From: Podarcis melisellensis | Taxonomy: Eukaryota | Length of the DNA stretch: 64,000 nt | Strand: one strand, 5' to 3' | NCBI GenBank assembly: GCA_964234715.1 | Contig: OZ174282.1 | Part shown: piece after piece, positions 35,201-46,010 of the stretch | Layout: each line of letters opens with the position of its first letter | How positions within the stretch are numbered: the stretch's first letter is position 1 | Position numbers and translations under genes: made by a program | Notes under the pieces: generated by a model | What the model saw: only the letters and a program-made list of their open reading frames with translations | Databases searched by the model: none | What the model was told of the DNA's origin: nothing

Positions 35201-35505
35201 GACATGTCCAATTATTATTATTATTATTATTACCAGTGTTGGTAACAATAGGTGGAGCCAGAGCCAATGACACACAAAGCCATGACCTTACCAGTTGTAA
35301 GGAAGGAGGCAGGGAATGGCTAAGGGCAGAATGAAGTTGATGGGGCAGTGCCCCATTTGCTCGGATAAGCTGGCCTGCACTGGCTTCAAGGATTGCCAGC
35401 TTCAAGGAGGGGATAGGCTCCACCCACATCCTGGTTCGGCCAACTCTGAGATCAACCACATCTTTCGGAGGAGTCCTGCTGGATCAGCCCAATGTTTCTA
35501 CTCAC

Positions 35506-35591
35506 TCTGTTTCTGCTGCCCACCCTCCGTCAATCCATCATCCGTCTCTTTCCTCTTCTTGCGGCGGTGGTGAGAGAACCGGCTGGACGGC
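35506..35591 (-). CDS. LIN37: LIN37 coding exon 5 (basic NLS-like)
   Basis: PSSRFSHHRRKKRKETDDGLTEGGQQKQ. Confidence 0.93.
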
Positions 35592-36701
35592 CTGAGAGCA
35601 ACGCCACAGTTTAGAAACTGTGCAGCTAGCCGACTCGCTGCACAAGTGTCAGAAAGGCCTGGAGGCACTTTCCAAGTCCTGGGGGCAAGGCACAGCATCT
35701 CTTGTGCAACCAAAACTGAAAGCCGCTAACACTGGCTGATTATTATTACTATTATTTATTAAATTTGTATATTGCACAGTTCACAGCATAAAATTACAAC
35801 ATAAAAAACACAAAATACAAAATCTGATGGAAATGCTGCATAGCGCAAGCCTTAAAAGCTGGAATATCTGACCCTCCAGGTCTTGCTGAATTACAATTTC
35901 TATCATCCCAGGCCACTAGCCATGCTTTTTGGGGCTGACAGGAGCTGTAGTTCATTCTGCAACACCTGGAGGGACGAAGGGAGAGGGCTCACCTGTTGAC
36001 CTTGAGACAGGCTCTGAGGACCTTGGAAGCAGCAAGAAGCTGCACTGCTTCTCAGTCTGTGTGTGCTCAGGCACAAGATCCCAACCTTTCCTCAAGTTCC
36101 CCCTGCATGTCAGTGGGTGGTGTTGGTGGCAAATACAAGCAACAGCTGGCCAACAAAGCCAACCAAAATGTGTGAGCCCATGAAGTAACACAGGGCTAAC
36201 TCAGTTTTACTCAGAGTAGGATCCACTGAACTTAATGGACCTAAGTTAGTCATGTCCATTAATGGCAACGGATCTACTGAGTAGGACTAACACAGGATAC
36301 AACCAACAGTCTGATGTTTGCAGCAGCAATAGTTTCAAGCCTGAGAGACCTGTGCTAGAGAACCTCCAGAAGGTGTATTTTGAGTGATAGGCTTACTTAA
36401 CTTTATTATTTGAAATCCAGCTCAGGAGCATCAACTGGCCAATCCACACTGCCTAGTCCTAAATGCCATCTTCCGGTGAATGAGTACAGTGGAATAACAG
36501 ACTCGCAGAATTGTAAGAAGGGACCACGAGGATCATCTAATCCAACCACCTGCAATGCAGGAATATTTTGCCCAATGTGGGGCTTGAACCCACAACTATG
36601 AGATTAAGAGTCTGAGCTAAGCTGAGCTAAGAAAAGTGAAATCTGAAATCTCCCATGCTATTGTTATCAACAGGTGGGAAAGACGCTGTAAAGAACCATA
36701 C

Positions 36702-36731
36702 CTCTTTCCTGTGGCAGTAGGAGAAGAGTCC
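36702..36731 (-). CDS. LIN37: LIN37 coding exon 4 (30 nt)
   Basis: tttcag|G DSSPTATGK AG|gtatgg; keeps the reading phase. Confidence 0.85.
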
Positions 36732-37131
36732 CTGAAACCGCAAAGCAAGAGGATTTAGGAATTGCCCAGAATGCAACAGCTTCACCAGCAAGAAGAAAAA
36801 GGAAAAAAACCAACACCCTACTCTCCAGGATAGCTGGTCCCAGGAGAGGATTAACCATTCTTAGGGTTTGGGGCCCCCCAAGAACACTCCTCTCCCATGA
36901 CTTTCAGTAGAAGTCGGCTCCATTTTTAAAGCCCTTATATAAAAATAAATATCCCACAGCAACTTTACAAATTAAGATCTTTTCTATTAGCCCTCTTGGC
37001 AAACACAGACACACAAAACCTAGTAGATAGGTTTGTTTATTTTCTGCATATTGTTATATCCCTAACATATCAGGATATTTAGGGCAAAGCTGTGAGGCTC
37101 ATTTTCACAGGTTCCTTCCATTCTCCTAGAC

Positions 37132-37453
37132 CAGGGGTAGGCAACCTAAGGCCCGGGGGCCGGATGTGGCCCAATCGCCTTCTCAATCCAGCCTGCAGAC
37201 GGTCTGGGAATCAGCATGTTTTTACAGGAGTAGAATGTGTCCTTTTATTTAAAATGCATCTCTGGGTTATTTGTGGGGCCTGCCTGGTGTTTTTACATGA
37301 GTAGAATGTGTGCTTTTATTTAAAATGCATCTCTGGGTTATTTGTGGGGCATAGGAATTTGTACATATTTTTTATTCAAAATATAGTCTGGCCCACCACA
37401 TGGTCTGAGGGACGATGGACCAGCCCATGGCTGAAAAAGGTTGCTGACCCCTG
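37132..37453. mobile_element. hAT-type MITE
   Basis: CAGGGGT...ACCCCTG TIRs; 8-bp TSD TCCTAGAC. Confidence 0.9.
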
Positions 37454-38242
37454 TCCTAGACACTTTGGAGAGAAAAGAAAGGAAAGAAACCCAGAGAAGA
37501 AGCAGGAAACAAAAGCCAACTGTCTAAACACATGATTCTCAACAGAGGTGGGCCTCGGGGGGGGGGGGAGAAATCTTTCCTTTACTCAGTTTCAACATAC
37601 GCCTGGGCAAGAGTCTTGCCCACCTGTTCACATTCAGTGTAACACAGGAAGTATGTGCAGTCATAGTGGATTTACTGGATTCAGTGGGGCTTACTCGCAG
37701 GTAAGTGGGGCTACACTATCAGCCTCATCCACCCAACCCTAAACTGCTGGGAATAAACAATGAAGTATGGTCATTACCATTCTGCACTGCCACAGCAGTT
37801 TTTAAAATATATTTTACTTCTGCAAACCTAGAGTTCTCCCAGGTCTAACTTTTTTGTGCATGGGTGGTACCATTCTGGCAACTCTGGCACCCTCAGCCCA
37901 ACCATCAGAAATAAAGGGAATGGTGTTGTTTGCTGCCCAGGATCCCGGAAATAGGATACTAGACAAAATGGACCTTTGCCCGGTCTAGAAGGGCAATTCT
38001 TAGTTCCAAAGTGGCAGGACCACAGGATCAAAGAATTTTAGTTTTGTAGGTCAACTACTTCAATACAGGAATCTCCTCCACCCACCCCAGTTTTCCCTGG
38101 CTGGCAGACATAGCTACAATATTATTATAGCTATCTAGGAGCTGGCTCTTGGCAACAGCCTCCTCCCCACCCAAAAACTTCATGGCATGGCACAGCAGTC
38201 AAGGGCAAGCGAAGGCAACTAGGGAATGCTTGAGCATCTTAC

Positions 38243-38293
38243 TTGCTGAGTACATCTGAGGGAGTCTTCCCAGAGTCCTCTTCCATCTGCTCC
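38243..38293 (-). CDS. LIN37: LIN37 coding exon 3
   Basis: EQMEEDSGKTPSDVLS, flanked by AG/GT. Confidence 0.9.
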
Positions 38294-38394
38294 CTGCGGA
38301 GATGAGTCAGGAAAAGGGGGAACAGGATGTCAGCAGCCGTGTCCGAGGAGGAAAACTGGCATCTCACTTGAGGACCCACCTCTTGGAGCAACTA

Positions 38395-38625
38395 CAGTGG
38401 TACCTCGGGTTACATATGCTTCAGCTGTAAGCTAACCCAGCTGTTCTGCTAACCCAGAAATATTACCTCAGGTTAAGAACTTTGCTTCAGGATGAGAACA
38501 GAAATCGTGCAGCGGCGGCACAGCAACAGCAGGAGGCCCCTAAAGTGGTGCTTCAGGTTAAGAACAGTTTCAGGTTAAGAACGGACCTCCGGAATGAATT
38601 AAGTACTTAACCTGAGGAACCACTG
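38395..38625. mobile_element. Mariner/Tigger-like MITE (CAGTGGTACCTC family)
   Basis: TIRs and TA TSD. Confidence 0.85.
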
Positions 38626-38766
38626 TACTCCTTGCAGGAGAAGGAGCTAGTCGCAAAGCACGCCACAAGGAATCTAAGGCCTTTTCCTTCTAGGCAAGGC
38701 TAGATGAGAAATCGCAAGCATACACATTGCCGACTCCTTAACCCAAAAGAACCTGGAAATACTTAC

Positions 38767-38842
38767 CGATCAACCTCAGACTTCTCGAGTAGGCATTGCA
38801 GCACAGCATCGAGGCGGTTTCGAGCATTGGCCGTCTCTAGAT
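38767..38842 (-). CDS. LIN37: LIN37 coding exon 2
   Basis: DLETANARNRLDAVLQCLLEKSEVD. Confidence 0.93.
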
Positions 38843-39075
38843 CTGGGGAAGGTCCGCAGGAGAGGAAAATCATTATTCTGGCAGAAAGCGTTTACCCATC
38901 CCCTCCACTTTACAGTACAACATAGGATCTCTTCTCTCGCCATAGCAGCTGTCCCCAACCTCATGCCCAGTGGGTGCTGTGGGGCTGCAATGATGAGGTC
39001 ACTTCTGCACTGCCCTTTCAGCCGCTGCTGCTTTCCCCTGACTTTCGTGGCAGAGTTTTTTCAGAGCCCCCTTAC

Positions 39076-39109
39076 CTGGCTTTTCCGTTTTCACCTTCGT
39101 GTGCAGCAT
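39076..39109 (-). CDS. LIN37: LIN37 first coding exon
   Basis: ATG at 39109: MLHTKVKTEKP G|gtaag. An acceptor at 39131/39130 implies an upstream UTR exon (candidate donor at 39626). Confidence 0.88.
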
Positions 39110-39879
39110 GTTTACCAGAATCACAGTTCCCTGCAAGAGAAAAAATAAACCTGTGTCTCACTTGATACAGAGGATTCTGGCCATTACGGCCAAGTGATAT
39201 TGAATGTTCAAAATGGGAAGATATAGTGTATGAACTAAGGAGGCAAACTGAAAATACCTTAAAGGTTGGATGGGTACCTTTAACAAGCATGGGATTTTGC
39301 AAAGAAGGGCCACAAGACTGCACCTCTTGCGCACATTTCTGGCCTCCGTGTTTACAGCAGCTTTACCTTTTTTTACCTTACAGCAGTTTCCTCTTTCTCT
39401 ACCGACCCTTCACGTGATCGATGAAGCGGGATCTCTGGGATCTTTTTTATTTTTATGTTGCCAAGCTCCTGCCAGGCAGCCAGCCCTGTAAGCTCTTGCC
39501 CGGGAACAAGCCCTACTGAACTCGGTGGGGCTTACTCCCGAGTAGACACACGCGCAGCATTCCACTGCCCGGCTCGTCACGGGCTCCAAGGTACAGGAAA
39601 GGCTTTCGGTTCTGCTGCAGCTGACCTTTCGGAGCTGCTTCTTCTGCGCTGGATCGCGTTGCCTCCAGGAGAGAGGGCAGAAGCCGGTCCCCGATTCTCC
39701 GGACCAAAGGACTTTGCTTCTTGCTTTGCTGCTGGCCTTTCTGCCCTTGCTCGGCCTCGCGCGATCCCGGACACCCCCAAGCGAAGAAGCAGCAAAACAC
39801 CCGCAGTTGCAACAGCAGAAGCCACCTCTCTGCCAATCGCTCCTTCCCTGATGCCAGTTCGCACGAATGCAGAAAAACC

Positions 39880-39990
39880 GCCTCTGGCCCGCTGCATGCT
39901 GGGAGTTGTAGGCGACTTTTTGCCGGGGGCGGGGCGGGGGCGGCAAGCTTCGGCCAATGGGCTGCCCGCTTCCCTTCTTTGAATTGATCT
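39880..39990 (-). promoter_or_regulatory. LIN37 promoter
   Basis: SBS/ZNF143-type CTACAACTCCCAGCATGC (minus, 39894-39911), tandem GC boxes at 39925-39942, CCAAT at 39954-39958, and a CpG island. Confidence 0.75.
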
Positions 39991-40367
39991 CTGCGTTCTG
40001 TGCGTGTGTATTTTAAGGAGCAGGTCACAGTGTAAGATTGGGAGTCATGGGGTTGGTGGAGAAGAGTGTATTTATGAACTTAACAGTGCTTAGTTTATTA
40101 TTATTTTTTTGGTTGCTCTTTTTGTAGAACAGCCCAGTTGGAAGGGTCATTGAATCCTGCCCACAGCTGTTGCCCCTGGGTGGGCTCGAACCACCAAACT
40201 TCCTAAGCCTCTCTGCAAAGTTTTCGCATTTCACATTTTTTGCATACTGAGTTAGTAGTAGTAGTTGCTGACCACTGACCCGTATGGAGAATCTGGTCCC
40301 ACCGCAGGAAAGCCTCTTGATTGCTAGGATGGAATGGAGGGGAAATAGGGCTGGCTCCAGGTCTGGT

Positions 40368-40690
40368 GGGACGCGGGTGGCGCTGTGGTCTAAACCACAG
40401 AGCCCAGGGCTTGCCGATCAGAAGGTTGGCGGTTCAAATCCTGTTGATGGGGTGAGCTCCTGTTGCTCGGTCCCTGCTCCTGCCAACCTAGCAGTTTGAA
40501 AGCACGTCAAAGTGCAAATAGATAAATAGGTACCGCTCCGGCGGGAAGGTAAAGTGGTTCGCTAGAAGCGGCTTAGTCATGCTGGCCACATGACCCGGAA
40601 GCTGTATGCTGGCTCCCTCAGCCAATAAAGCGAGATGAGTGCCGCAACCCCAGAGTCGTCCACGACTGGACCTAACGGTCAGGGGTCCCT
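40368..40690 (+). mobile_element. Sauria SINE with internal deletion
   Basis: GGGACGCGGGTGGCGCTGTGG head and family body. Confidence 0.9.
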
Positions 40691-40786
40691 GGTGGAACCC
40701 CTACCTGGGTCCCCTTCTGTATATCCCCATGCTGGTCTAGATCCTTAATGGGGGCCCTGCTGCTAATGCTTTCCCTAAAAATCTAA

Positions 40787-41007
40787 ACAAAAAAAATTCC
40801 TTCCAGTAGCACCTTAAAGACCAACTAAGTTAGTTCTTGGTATGAGCTTTCGTGTGCATGCACACTTCTTCAGATACACAGTGTGCATGCACACGAAAGC
40901 TCATACCAAGAACTAACTTAGTTGGTCTTAAGGTGCTACTGGAAGGAATTTTTTTAAAAATTTTTTTTGTTTTGACTATGGCAGACCAACACGGCTACCT
41001 ATCTGTA
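40787..41007 (+). mobile_element. Penelope-like element remnant (second family), inverted pseudo-LTR
   Basis: Inverted arms of about 76 bp (40790-40866 and 40880-40955) plus a 3' extension; 13-bp TSD CCTAAAAATCTAA at 40774-40786 and 41008-41020. Confidence 0.82.
40840..40877 (-). ncRNA. Minimal type-I hammerhead ribozyme
   Basis: GUAU-CUGAAGA-A-[GUGUG CAUG CACAC]-GAAA-GC-UC-AUAC: stem I, core, stem II and UC cleavage site are all intact. Confidence 0.75.
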
Positions 41008-41153
41008 CCTAAAAATCTAAGCATCCTAAATGACCGTAATAAGTATTCTTAAGGTAGTGACTCTCATTGAACTCAGTGGAACTTGTTTCTGCTTAAATAA
41101 ATTTAGGGTCAGGTTTGCAAATTTTCAGTTCTATTGTCTTGTTTTGCTGTAAA

Positions 41154-41500
41154 CATAGGCGCCGACTCCATGGGGCTTGAGGGGGCCCGAGCCCCCTCAA
41201 AAATTCATTTGGGGGGGCTCTGCCCCCCCAATAATCTCCGGGGCCCCTCCAGCAGAGCGCCATCGCCGCCCCTCCCCCAGCCCAAAATGCACAGGGAGGG
41301 GCGGGCTGCATGCCTCCTGCCCTCCCTCCCGAGCAAAAGCTCCGAGCAATTTCCTTTGGAGCTGATTAATAGGCGCAGCACGCTCTCCCCTATTCGCTCA
41401 CGAGGAGGCGGCACCACTTTATTTGCATATTCATGAGCTTATTTATTATTCATGAGCTTTCCCGGGCCCCCCCAATATTTTTTATAAGTCCGCGTCCCTG
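41154..41500. mobile_element. hAT-type non-autonomous DNA transposon, GC-rich
   Basis: Imperfect TIRs CATAGGCGCCGACT / AGTCCGCGTCCCTG; perfect 8-bp TSD GCTGTAAA. Confidence 0.8.
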
Positions 41501-42513
41501 GCTGTAAATAATTAAGAATAAATTTAACTGCTGTTGTTAATATTGTTTTATAGATTAAAAATGCCGTGTTGATTTGTTAATCATATAATAGGACTTTTGC
41601 TTTAATTGTGATGTTTTGCTTTGTTAAGAGTGTTTTATAGGTTGCAATTGTTTCACAATATGATTTATGTTGTATTTGTGATATTCTATTATGTTCTATT
41701 GTGTTATGGTTATTTATTTAAGTGTGGCTTATGATGGTGAGTAAGAGTCCAGAGCTTTCCATTATGCCTATCCTGTGGTTGCTGACAAGTTTCTCCCTTT
41801 AGTTTGGGCTCCTGTGTTTTTTTTAACAGTTGCTGCCTGGCAGAGAAAACCGACATTTTTGGTTCTGTGGGACTTTCTGAGGCTTACCTAAGGAAAGTTC
41901 ATCACCCAACTGCTTCCCACACTCCACCCTTGGTCGTGCATCCTTGTGAAGAGTGCTACCTTATGCGCAAGCTTAACAGTGTCTTGGCCCCCAGCAGGAG
42001 CACCAGTTCTGGATTGCTGCCTTAGTTTGCAGCTTGAATTTTTGCTGATCCAAGAAATGGTAATTACAGGTGCTCACAGTGCTGTAGGGGCTCCCATGTA
42101 GGTGTCAAAGGAGTATCCTTTGTTCCTGAGCATCATAAAATACACTGTCACTCATTTCAGCAGGCATTCTTCTCCCACTCTTGCTCGACACCACCCTATG
42201 AAACAGCAACTCTAGATGCATATTTTTATGGGGCAAGAAATGGTTGGCACTCGGAGAGATAGGCATGTCCTACTTTGGACATGCCTATCTGTGTTCCATT
42301 TAAGCAGGGCTCTCTAGCAGTTTCCTTTGCTGCTGCTACTATATATTTGTTGTCTCAGAGGACTTGTAGGAGCACACTATAATACTGTAGACATTTTTAC
42401 GAAGAACTTACACCTCCAAGATGCCTGCCCTGCCTTTTGTTAGAAATGCTCACCTGAATTTTCGATATCATTGCTGGAGGGCTGTATTAGTGCTAGAATA
42501 GTGTTTCCTAACA

Positions 42514-42519
<6 letters not shown>

Positions 42520-42576
<57 letters not shown>
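42520..42576. repeat. (TA)n microsatellite
   Basis: About 28 TA units. Confidence 0.97.
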
Positions 42577-42580
<4 letters not shown>

Positions 42581-42870
42581 ATCTAATGCTTTGTGTCCTC
42601 CTTGCGAGTGGGAAGAATAATTGTTTCCCGATGAATGAATGAATCGATTTATTTCGGTCACTGCCCAGAGTGTACTTGTTTCCCGATATCCCTTTTAAAT
42701 ACTTCTAAAGTGCTAAACAGGCCACAGGATTACTCTAGCTAGCGTACGTGATAATTTTCAGAATTGCTCAGCCCTAGTGTTACAAATACATTTCAGGACA
42801 CGATTGCAGTTAGTCACGTACTTGCAGCGCCTGCTTAAAAATAAGTCCTGCTGAGTCTAATGGGACTTAC

Positions 42871-43088
42871 CATGGGCGTAACCAGGATTTTTGTTGGGAC
42901 GGGGCAAACAGTTGAGCTTTTTTGGGGAGATCACGGGTAAAAATGCTTCCCCTCCCAAAAAAAGAGACCATTACGGGGGGCCGGCTTCTGCTGTGTGGGG
43001 GTGCAGAACCTCAGTTTATTGAGTATTTTAAATGCTTTTCAATACTTTTTGAGGATTTGCCCCCCCCTCTCACTTGGCTTCGCCCATG
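42871..43088. mobile_element. hAT-like MITE abutting the PROSER3 promoter
   Basis: TIRs CATGGGCG...CGCCCATG; 6/8 TSD match (GGACTTAC / AGACTCAC). Confidence 0.65.
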
Positions 43089-43094
43089 AGACTC

Positions 43095-43461
43095 ACACCC
43101 AATCAAGTAGTACCAGAGCATGACGGTATTTGTAGTTTGTGCGCCCGACCGGAACTGAGAAGCCATCTGGCGTATATTCCCCTCCCGGAGGGCTCGGCGC
43201 GCAATGCTTTGTGGGAATCGTAGTACTGAAGCCGACAGGTCGATGAAAAAGCCGCGCACCCGACATCCTCCGCGGGCAGCGACTTCCTCTTTCGGTTGCT
43301 AGGTGACGGCCAAGGCGGCAAGCTCATCTCGGGTTGAGCGGGAAGAAGGGCTTTAGGCCCCGGGGAAGGGACGCCAGAGGTCACCGAATCCGGGGCCGCT
43401 CTCCAGGCGCAAAATCCCGAGGGACTGGTGCAGAGGAGTATTCCTTGGGGTTCACTGTCAG
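43095..43461 (+). promoter_or_regulatory. CpG-island promoter and non-coding first exon, assigned to PROSER3
   Basis: CCAAT at 43099, SBS-type ACTACGATTCCCACAAAGCATTGC (minus, 43201-43224), X-box at 43295-43307 and donor CAG|GTAAGT at 43461. Confidence 0.7.
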
Positions 43462-43677
43462 GTAAGTGTGTTTTAGCGGTGTAATCCTACGCAGGCTTAC
43501 TTCCTGGTAATGGGGTTTAGGGTCGCAGCCTAAGCTTGTCAGTGTCATCGTAGAGCTGGAAGGGACCCTGAGGAGGAGCTGCTAAAATGCTGAGCCGTGA
43601 ACAGCTAGAGGCAGAGAAAACACACCTATGCACAGTGGTTCCCCCCCCCCCGGGGGACGGGACGCATATCCCTAAAC

Positions 43678-43798
43678 CAGTCTTTCTCAACCTGTGGGTC
43701 CCCAGATGTTGTTGAACTACAACTCCCATCACCCCTAGCTAGCAAGGCCAGAGCTCAGGGATGATGGGAGTTGTAGTCCAACAACATCTGGGGACCCG
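43678..43798. mobile_element. Hairpin MITE with ACTACAACTCCCATCA arms
   Basis: Internal inverted repeat with CCTAAAC on both flanks; related copies near 3615, 7960, 14030, 56833, 57400 and 58050. Confidence 0.75.
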
Positions 43799-43900
43799 GC
43801 CTAAACATTTTGTGACTCTTTGTACTTTTGTCCATTTACTGTACTTATTTTCCCCGATTTGAACTAGAAAATGGTGGTTTTCTTGAGTCTAGTGAGAGTA

Positions 43901-44126
43901 CAGTGGTACCTCAGGTTAAGTACTTAATTTGTTCTGGAGGTCTGTTCTTAACCTGAAACTGTTCTTAACCTGAAGCACCACTTTAGCTAATGGAGCCTCC
44001 TGCTGCTGCTGCACCATCGCTGCACAATTTCTGTTCTCATCCTGAAGCAAAGTTCTTAACCCGAGGTACTATTTCTGGGTTAGCAGAGTCTGTAACCTGA
44101 AGCGTATGTAACCCGAGGTACCACTG
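43901..44126. mobile_element. Mariner/Tigger-like MITE (CAGTGGTACCTC family)
   Basis: TIRs; opposite orientation to the copy at 25218. Confidence 0.85.
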
Positions 44127-45678
44127 CACCCCTAAACATTTATTTAGAAATAAAAGCACTGCCTATATAGTTGGAGAAAGTAACAGGCATGGAGATTTCA
44201 GTGGTGGAAGAAGCTTCCTCTGCTAAGGTTTGGCTTCTATCAGTCCTAAGGGCACATGAGCTGGGCCCTGCCGGGGGGGAAAAAAGGAAAGGAGTGGTGG
44301 TGGAACTGGCAACCTAATCTGTTTGTGCTTGTGTGGTAAATGAAGCCAGCTCTCTTCCCTTCAGCTGTGGCTGCTAGATTTTCCTGTGTGCAGGGAATAT
44401 TGTTTTCAGTAATGCAGGCCCCGTTACCTGTGAATTCTAGTTTAGGTTGGAGATTATCCCAGAATTAACTCCCGCAGAGCAGAAGAGATTGCACTGTGCA
44501 TTGAAAGACGCCACCCCAGAGCTTTATTCATTTCTAGACTTGCTTGTTTGGGATTCGTTTGGTATGATTCTCAAAACTTAACACGTTTAGGCCATTTCAC
44601 ACGTTACCTGGCAACAGACCTAGGTTTGTCCCTGTGCATGTACTTTCAAAAGGGAGCTTCAGCTGCTTCTGATGTGTACCTATTTGCATTTGCAAACAAG
44701 CTTACAAGCTTGTTGCATTCATATGTTGTTGTTTTTTTAAGCATATCCTTAAAGATGTGACATGTAAAGTGGTCCCACCTAGGTTGCGTTTTTTGCAGTG
44801 CTTTGATAAACACATTGAAAACATTTGGTTATTATCTGAATATTGCTCCAGCCTATAATCTGCAGGACCTCTCTATTTTTAAACCAGTGTTTGGAATGTG
44901 TTAACTTTGCTTTGGAGCCTCTCGCTCATCAGCAGCTTTTACTCTTGTAATTATGGGTCTGTGACTAGCTGGAAGCTTTCTGCTTTAAGACCCCTGTGGC
45001 TTCTGGCTTTATGTGACTTTTGTTGATGCTGAACTTTCCGTCCCTCAGATTTGCCTTGGGTTTTGGGATCATAAAAAAAAAATTAATAGTCCAGCAATTT
45101 GCATGAATTGTAAATTGGCTCTGATCAGGTTTTGAGTTGGAAGTGAGCGACTGACACAGCTCCAAAACTTTGAAATGACTTGTGAGGCTAGTTTAGCTAT
45201 TCCTAGGGCTTATAGTTTCTAAGGCTGTAGAGTGTGGCTGTTGTATCTGTTAATGGACCTCTTTGCACTAGTATACAGATCTCTCTAGTTTTATTTGGAA
45301 ATCATAATCCTGCCTTCCTTCTCTGATGATTTTTGGCAAAGTGAAAGCAATGCAACCTGGCTTGTCAGCAGAGTGAGCCAGCTGTGGCCTCACCTGCAGA
45401 CGCAGGGAGTGTCCTGGGAGCCAGTGCAAGAGAGAACTGATGGGGTGTGTCCCTGCCCATTCCTGTGTAATAGGATAGGTTGGGCCCTATGGTGAGAGTA
45501 TGAATTGCACATCCGTATGTTCTCATCTCTTTAGAGGAATGTCCTGATCTCTCTGGAAGGCCCTTGGAGAGGCTGTTATTCGTGTCCCTTAATGTCTCAG
45601 TGACCAGGGTGGTGTACTTAGTTATTTCTGCATTTCTGATTTGTACTAAAATCTAGTAAGTTAATTAGTAGAGGACTA

Positions 45679-46010
45679 TAAACCACAGAACCTAGGGCTT
45701 GCCAATCAGAAGGTCGGTGGTTTGAATCCCTACGATGGGGTGAGCTCCTGTTGTTTGGTCCCTGCTCCTGCCAAACTAGCAGTTCGAAAGCATGATAAAG
45801 TGCAAATAGTTAGATAGGTACTGCTCCGGCAGGAAGGTAAACAGCGTTTCCGTGCGCTGCTCTGATTCACCAGAAGCGGCTTAGTCATGCCGGCCACATG
45901 ATCCAGAAGCTGTATGCCAGCTCCCTTGGCCAGTAAAGCGAGATGAGCGCTGCAATCCCAGAGTCGTCTGCAACTGGACCTAACGGTCAAGGATCCCTTT
46001 ACCTTTACCT
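45679..46010 (+). mobile_element. Sauria SINE, 5'-truncated
   Basis: Family body and TTTACCTTTACC tail. Confidence 0.9.

Noticed and set aside
39410-40028. Cluster of 126-178 aa ORFs on both strands
   Set aside because: Stop-poor CpG-island promoter and 5' UTR of LIN37; no recognisable protein.
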